Translations under genes and position numbers: made by a program
Source: Shigella phage ESh17
Reading direction: 5' to 3' (one strand)
Sequence record: ON528727
Length of the DNA: 64,000 nucleotides
Notes under the pieces: model-generated
The model's database searches: none
The model's input: only the letters and a program-made list of their open reading frames with translations
Told to the model about the DNA's origin: nothing
In this document: piece after piece, positions 53,491 to 64,000 of the stretch
How positions within the stretch are numbered: the stretch's first letter is position 1
Layout: the number at the start of each line of letters is the position of its first letter

Positions 53491-53518
53491 TTTTAATCCT
53501 CTTTAATATGCTTTAATA

Positions 53519-56659
<3,141 letters not shown>

Positions 56660-56700
56660 GATTTCTCCTAATCTGGGCTTTAATTAGTTTATAATATTTA

Positions 56701-58402
<1,702 letters not shown>

Positions 58403-58414
58403 TTAAAATCCTTT

Positions 58415-58430
58415 GGGGCCTTGCGGCCCC
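58415..58430 (-). terminator. Hairpin after wac
   Basis: GGGGCC-ttgc-GGCCCC between wac stop and gene 13 start. Confidence 0.5.
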
Positions 58431-58433
58431 ATG

Positions 58434-59897
58434 TTATGCTGGTGATAAAAAGGTAGAAAGCAATACCCATTCGCCGTCTTTACGAACGTAAGCTTGGCCA
58501 TCTTTTGGAGCTTCAGGAATATAACCTGCTTCTTGGAGAGCTTGAACATCGCCTTGTAAAGAAGATATATTGCCTTTAGCTGTATTCACTTCTTGTGTAA
58601 CTGATGCAATGTTGGTTTCGTTAGCTTTTATTGAATTGGTTAATCCGCGTTCTTCAACAGTTGAACCATTTGGGTTAGTTCCATTTACTAAAGTATTTAA
58701 CGCTACAACTTGCCCTTTAATTCCTGTGCTGTTATTACCAATCTCTACTTGTAGGTTTTGAACATCGTTATTCAAGCCTGAAACAGAAGTTTCAATTGTA
58801 GAAACTCGGTTTAAAAGAGACCCAGGAGGAGAAGGTTGTCCACCGCTAGAATCAGTTCCAACAATTTGGTTTAACCACGAAACATTCGCTCTTAAACCAG
58901 ATGAAGTGTTTTCACCGACGATTCCATTTAAAGATTCGATTGAAGTTGTATTATCTTTGATTTGGCCTTTAATACTCGAAGGAATATCATCTGAACCAAT
59001 AGAAGTTTCAATAACGGTTAAACGCTGTTTAATACCTCCACTTTGATTTAGCTCTAAATTAATAGATGCAATATTATCAGTGTTTGTATTAACACTAGTA
59101 ATAATCGAATTATTTCCTGGATATCCTATTGAGGTCTTAATAGCACTAATGTCAGACTCAACTGTTGTCTGTTTAGTGTCAATTTCATTTAAACGACTAT
59201 AAACGTTCTGTGAAAATGATGGTGGTTTCGGTCCAAGCTCTTCGCGAAGATTACCAACTTCAATAGTCAAAGAACCTACATCAGATTCAATAAATTTTGT
59301 TTCTAATTCACTTAAACGTATTCCCTGTGAAGTAATGACATCAGTATTATTAATAATGCGATGCTTCATTCCACTACTAGGATTTCCTACAACAGGAAGA
59401 CCATTAATATCTTGACCGGTGTATTGTCCAAGTTCACGCTTTATCCACAGTAAATCATTTCTGATTGTTCTGTATACAGAGTTGGCCTCGGAGTTAAATG
59501 GACCAATATCAGCAAGAATGTTGTCAACAGTACTATTAGTTCCATTTAATATTTCTGTATGTTCACTGGTTAGCGTTTTGAGGTCAGAAATATCCTTTTT
59601 ATTGATACTTATTTGCGCTAAAGCTTCAATATCACCAGATACATCTAAGATGCCCTGGATGGTTTTAATATCACTATTTGCGGTTTCTAAAGATGTTTTA
59701 AGTATTCCAATGTTTTTATCAAGAACTTCAACATTTCTTAGTACAGAAACTGTAGGTCTATTCATTGAACCTTCGCTTCCATACTGTGTGTCAGCTCCTA
59801 ATATTTCTTCGCCGTTTTTAATCCAGGAAATGCGGCTCTGGCCCTCCGCAGGAGGGCCGTCAACGAATGGTAAGTCATTCAGTACAATATCTGTCAT
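58434..59897 (-). CDS. wac: Fibritin (whisker antigen control)
   Basis: 487 aa coiled-coil with C-terminal foldon [27 protein letters not shown]. Confidence 0.94.
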   Translation of the reverse strand: MTDIVLNDLPFVDGPPAEGQSRISWIKNGEEILGADTQYGSEGSMNRPTVSVLRNVEVLDKNIGILKTSLETANSDIKTIQGILDVSGDIEALAQISINKKDISDLKTLTSEHTEILNGTNSTVDNILADIGPFNSEANSVYRTIRNDLLWIKRELGQYTGQDINGLPVVGNPSSGMKHRIINNTDVITSQGIRLSELETKFIESDVGSLTIEVGNLREELGPKPPSFSQNVYSRLNEIDTKQTTVESDISAIKTSIGYPGNNSIITSVNTNTDNIASINLELNQSGGIKQRLTVIETSIGSDDIPSSIKGQIKDNTTSIESLNGIVGENTSSGLRANVSWLNQIVGTDSSGGQPSPPGSLLNRVSTIETSVSGLNNDVQNLQVEIGNNSTGIKGQVVALNTLVNGTNPNGSTVEERGLTNSIKANETNIASVTQEVNTAKGNISSLQGDVQALQEAGYIPEAPKDGQAYVRKDGEWVLLSTFLSPA

Positions 59898-61477
59898 TCT
59901 TTTACCTTAATTATGTAGTTTAAAGAAATGTTCCATGGACGTGTTTCATTTCCAATTAATTCAGGACGATTTAATGTATATTTGGAATTTCGTTGTGATG
60001 CCGGGTCAATTTCATATCCGTCATTGGTGAAGTATGAACGGTTATCCCAGTCAAGTCCTTTACGTGTACCAACAAAATTTGATCTACGGGTATTACCGAA
60101 TGCTCCAGAATCATCATGCTCACCAAATCCGCCAGCATGTTTATGATAAGACATCTGTTGTTTCTGTACTTCACCAACATATCCACCAGTACAACCTACA
60201 CCTAATCTAGGCTTACCAAACTGGTCATTACCATTAACATTTGGATTTGTTAAGTGAGAGCCACGACCAGAGCCGCGAACAAAAAGACCGCGCATATCAG
60301 GTAATCCAGGATTTGATGAACTTCCGCCATATCTTGTTCCAATTCTAGAAGCATATAATGGACAATCTGATGCTGAAACAGTTCCGCCATGGCAAAAACG
60401 CCAAGCATCACTAGGAAGACTATCAGCGGCCCACATCATAATAGCTCCGACAGGAATGGTTCTATCAATTTCATTTTGTGTTACGACACGCTTACCTTGA
60501 ATATAACCACCGGTCATGTTAACTGTTCCGGTAATATTTGCTCCACCTGAAGCTATCGTGAGCGTATTATTAATGCGAAGTGTTCCATTAATCGTTTGAC
60601 CACCTCTTTGGTGGATAACATCAGCATTCCAAGCTAGTGCTGATGAAGCATCACCTCCACTCTGTGAGCCGGCAGTTGTAGTTAATTTAACTACGCCTCT
60701 CATTGACGTTGTAGAACCACGACCATTAAGAGTTGCGCCAGTAACCGCAACAGAAGCATTATTAGAGTTAACTTCTGATTGTGTTCCTAATTTAATTACG
60801 CCTTTATATTCTTCAGTAGCAGATGAATTCATAAACGTATAAGGAGAAATTGCATAGCCTTCTCTTAAAGTTCCCTGACGAACCTGCGCTACTGTTGCTA
60901 ATTGAACAACACCTTGGTCCGATTCAGTAGCTGTGGTTTCAGAAGGAGCAATTTGCGCAATTAATTTAATAGCTAACTGCTGTGTTTTTAATGGAGTCAT
61001 TGCAGTAGTATCATCTGCACCAGCTAATGCTTGCGGTAGAGATGAAATTTTAATAACACCATTCGAGGATTCAGTTGAAACTCGTGTTTCAAACGCATTA
61101 TTAAGAGCAACAGTAAATTTAGCTGGAGTTATAGAAGATTCATTATTAACTCCGGCAATGGCTTCATCATTGGTTGAATATCTTGTTAATCCGTAAACAG
61201 TTTCAGTTGCGTTTGGATATGATAATCTTGTTGCCAACGTTGCTGGTGTAACTGCTTTGGTATTATTAGTTCCATCTATAACTTCCTGTTCAGTGGCAAG
61301 AAATAAAATTCCCTTTGTTGTTGACGATGCATCAGGAACTCCATTTACGCCAGCAGGAGAAATGGCTGCTATAGCAGCCTGAACATCAGTAATCTCTGGT
61401 GGAAAATTCGTATCGGTAGGATCAAATTTTACATAACGAGATTCATTAGAAACGTGTTGATATGTATTATTACTCAT
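59894..61477 (-). CDS. 12: Short tail fiber gp12
   Basis: 527 aa. Confidence 0.93.
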   Translation of the reverse strand: MSNNTYQHVSNESRYVKFDPTDTNFPPEITDVQAAIAAISPAGVNGVPDASSTTKGILFLATEQEVIDGTNNTKAVTPATLATRLSYPNATETVYGLTRYSTNDEAIAGVNNESSITPAKFTVALNNAFETRVSTESSNGVIKISSLPQALAGADDTTAMTPLKTQQLAIKLIAQIAPSETTATESDQGVVQLATVAQVRQGTLREGYAISPYTFMNSSATEEYKGVIKLGTQSEVNSNNASVAVTGATLNGRGSTTSMRGVVKLTTTAGSQSGGDASSALAWNADVIHQRGGQTINGTLRINNTLTIASGGANITGTVNMTGGYIQGKRVVTQNEIDRTIPVGAIMMWAADSLPSDAWRFCHGGTVSASDCPLYASRIGTRYGGSSSNPGLPDMRGLFVRGSGRGSHLTNPNVNGNDQFGKPRLGVGCTGGYVGEVQKQQMSYHKHAGGFGEHDDSGAFGNTRRSNFVGTRKGLDWDNRSYFTNDGYEIDPASQRNSKYTLNRPELIGNETRPWNISLNYIIKVKE

Positions 61478-62133
61478 GCTGTTCTCTCAAAATGATAAAA
61501 TACTGTAGGAGTCTGCTGATTATCTAAAGTTACAGTTTGTGCGCCTAATAAATTCCATGTACCATAGCCAGGTTTAGACTCAGAAATAATTTCCTGCGAA
61601 ATAGTTATTCCATATGTAGAATATGTGCTTAATACATGTTTTTGATTATCTAAATAAGTAACTTCTAATTTACTACCATCTGTTGGATGGTCTTTATATG
61701 AGTTGATAGCAGTAAATGACGCAATAGCTTCTTGAAGGGCAACACGAACTTTTGCAACAAACTCAATTGCCGTCATTCCAGTTGTTGCTGAAACTGGAAG
61801 ACCAAATACTAATACCGTAACAGGAGAACCCGGAGGAAGAGAATCGTCTGTTACAGTTCCAGAAAATGCCCAATAATCAGTTTGAGAAACACCCTCAGGA
61901 GAAACACCAGTTTTATTAGTAATAATTGTACCAACGTCTTTTATAGAAAAATTATGAACGTCATTAATAGCTGATTCTACGTTTGGTTCATAAAATCCTT
62001 TTGCTAATTGAGAAATTGTCACTGACCCAACTGATTGACGATTCATTACATCTATATTACCAGCTTTAGGTCTAAAACCAAGAAAATCGGCTAAGCGGGA
62101 AATAACTCCCGCTTTATTATTAAGTAAACTCAT
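61474..62133 (-). CDS. 11: Baseplate wedge subunit gp11
   Basis: 219 aa from ATG overlapping gene 10 stop ([13 protein letters not shown]); track ORF has 6 extra codons. Confidence 0.9.
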   Translation of the reverse strand: MSLLNNKAGVISRLADFLGFRPKAGNIDVMNRQSVGSVTISQLAKGFYEPNVESAINDVHNFSIKDVGTIITNKTGVSPEGVSQTDYWAFSGTVTDDSLPPGSPVTVLVFGLPVSATTGMTAIEFVAKVRVALQEAIASFTAINSYKDHPTDGSKLEVTYLDNQKHVLSTYSTYGITISQEIISESKPGYGTWNLLGAQTVTLDNQQTPTVFYHFERTA

Positions 62134-63941
62134 TATGCAATCCTTATCCAACGATAAACTGTAATATATGGTTGAATGTTAGTTATTGATGTTGGCGGAG
62201 TGTGAGTAGAGTTAGTAGATGCTTTAGCTTCACGGTATTTAGTGTAAATTGGACCGGATTCATCTGGATCGTATTGACACCCACCAACAATGACTGATCC
62301 ATTTTCATCAACTATTAGAACTTCTTCATCTGTTTCAGTTGCAGGAAGATTAGCATTTTCCAATGTAACAGAAGTAGAACCACCTGTTCCACCTGCAGTA
62401 TGCGAAGGATTTCCGCCAGAATCTAAATCGTTGTTATTTAGAGCAAAATTCGGATCCGAAATATCTTCATTCCATCCAACTAAAACTTTTCCTTGCCCAA
62501 ATAATTTCCATGAGCCGAATCCCATATATGTAACAGGGTTGTTTGGATTAACAGCGTTTTCATATATAGTTCCAATAGGATAAATCGTATCAAAGATATT
62601 TGAAACAGCATTAAATTCGCGTTGATAAGATTGAACTGCTTCTACATTTGGCCAACCAATTTTATCAAAGTCTGTTAAATTTACATCACCGGAAATATCT
62701 ACTCCTGGTCCTTGCGATACATAGAGATTATCAGTTTCATCAATAATCTCATCTTTCGTTAATAATGTACCCAAATCATTATTAAACCAGGTGATATTGA
62801 TAATGTCACCATGCTCAAATACTCTATCGAAATGTAAAATTTCCGGTATGCCGTTTTCATCAGTTTCAACTGAATAATCGGTATGAGATTGTTCCCAAGT
62901 TCCACCTAAAACAGAGCATTCTACTTCATCGTCTGAATCGGCACCAACACAATGAAATAATGGCATTCCAACTGTGCCAGCCAATTCCTGCAAAATCCCG
63001 TTAAAACGAACCTCAAGAGAGTTAGGATTAATAGGTTCTCCTGGAATTAATCCAAAAGCAGAAAATGGAATTGATTTCATTGTTGATAAATCAGTAACGT
63101 AAATGCTTCCTTCTAAAGAAGTTTTTGACGTTAATTTTGAATCTAACACTCTAATTTGACGTCTTGTATATGAACTTCTCCACTGTGATACGCCATCCAT
63201 AAATGTTTCAATTTGAACAGTATCACCAATATTACAAGGCTGTCTTAATCGAATATTAAATCCATCAAGAGGAACTAATTCACCTTCGTTTTCGCCCGGA
63301 GAGCCAAAATCGCTGTTTTCACTAAATACATCGCCGTAATACAATTCGTTACCACGATGTTTTACTCTGATGTTATTTACATTATAACTAGTTCCACGGA
63401 AAACATCTAAAAAGTCTGTTTGTCCTTGGACTTCGACTAAAAATTCTTTACGAGCTACATTACTAATGTCTGAACTGGTAATTTTGTCAATTTGTTTATT
63501 TTTGACATATTCCCAACGTCCTGGAGCACAATACACTAGTTCTAAATCGCTGAATTGAACATTAATTTCAACTGGTACTGCAGACCCTTTAATCGTATCG
63601 CCGGAAGCAGCTACTAGTGTAACTGGGTTGACGTTCCACGTAGCAAATACGTCTCTAGCTCTAATTACCTTGTTGTAATCATTAACTGTACCCTTTGGAA
63701 GATTTATAGTCACTCTTCCAGAAGATGTATTAATAGCGTATGATTTTCCCCATTCTGCTGTTAATGTTTGTCCTGATGAAGCATTATAAGTTTTCCAGGC
63801 ACCGGCTGAATATGGAACATCACCATCACCGAGTTCATAATAAAGCTCATCAAAGTTTTCATTTATTTTTATACCACCTTTACGCAGGTAGTCACCGGTA
63901 CCATCATCAACAACATTACCGATATTAATATTTTGTTTCAT
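62133..63941 (-). CDS. 10: Baseplate wedge subunit gp10
   Basis: 602 aa. Confidence 0.93.
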   Translation of the reverse strand: MKQNINIGNVVDDGTGDYLRKGGIKINENFDELYYELGDGDVPYSAGAWKTYNASSGQTLTAEWGKSYAINTSSGRVTINLPKGTVNDYNKVIRARDVFATWNVNPVTLVAASGDTIKGSAVPVEINVQFSDLELVYCAPGRWEYVKNKQIDKITSSDISNVARKEFLVEVQGQTDFLDVFRGTSYNVNNIRVKHRGNELYYGDVFSENSDFGSPGENEGELVPLDGFNIRLRQPCNIGDTVQIETFMDGVSQWRSSYTRRQIRVLDSKLTSKTSLEGSIYVTDLSTMKSIPFSAFGLIPGEPINPNSLEVRFNGILQELAGTVGMPLFHCVGADSDDEVECSVLGGTWEQSHTDYSVETDENGIPEILHFDRVFEHGDIINITWFNNDLGTLLTKDEIIDETDNLYVSQGPGVDISGDVNLTDFDKIGWPNVEAVQSYQREFNAVSNIFDTIYPIGTIYENAVNPNNPVTYMGFGSWKLFGQGKVLVGWNEDISDPNFALNNNDLDSGGNPSHTAGGTGGSTSVTLENANLPATETDEEVLIVDENGSVIVGGCQYDPDESGPIYTKYREAKASTNSTHTPPTSITNIQPYITVYRWIRIA

Positions 63942-64000
63942 TATTGAGCCACCCCGATTTTCTGCGTAGCGATAACTTTAACTGCTGCTCTCATACCGAC
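63942..64000 (-). CDS. 9: Baseplate wedge protein gp9, C-terminal end (gene continues beyond window)
   Basis: Minus-strand frame ending in TAA at 63942-63944 adjacent to gene 10 start; encodes ...VGMRAAVKVIATQKIGVAQ. Confidence 0.65.

Noticed and set aside
59928-60186. Small ORFs on both strands near the gene 12 start
   Set aside because: Inside the gene 12 coding sequence; no independent signals.

Overview
The window is a contiguous segment of a T4-like (T-even, Tevenvirinae) phage genome, colinear with the T4 map from gene 34 to gene 9. The identifications below rest on reading the ORF translations against T4 protein sequences and gene order recalled from memory; no database search was run. 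Plus strand carries the early/middle genes: rnh, dsbA, 33, 59, 32, frd, td, nrdA, nrdB, denA, rnlA (63), alc, pseT, cd, 31, rIII, DNA ligase 30 and alt, plus 26, 25, uvsY, inh, hoc and rnlB. Minus strand carries the late morphogenesis genes: 34 (partial), 54-48-29-28-27-51, uvsW, segE, and 24-23-22-21-68-67-20-19-18-17-16-15-14-13-wac-12-11-10-9 (partial). Regulatory signals typical of T4 are visible: GTTTAC early promoters, TATAAATA late promoters, a MotA-box middle promoter before uvsY, the gene 32 leader pseudoknot, and many GC-stem terminator hairpins. The ORF track often begins at upstream TTG/GTG codons, so several starts were moved to the first ATG with a Shine-Dalgarno; fine coordinates of short motifs may be off by a base or two. 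Compared with T4 as I recall it, td and nrdB are intron-less and there is no mobE between nrdA and nrdB. The most interesting candidates are: a roughly 410 bp insertion carrying an unrecognised ORF exactly at the frd/td junction; a tandem pair of Alt-type ADP-ribosyltransferase paralogues; a GC-richer NADAR/YbiA-like gene; a GC-richer noncoding island between rIII and the 30.x genes; and dyad symmetries around early promoters that may sequester ribosome binding sites. No CRISPR array, tRNA or rRNA was seen.
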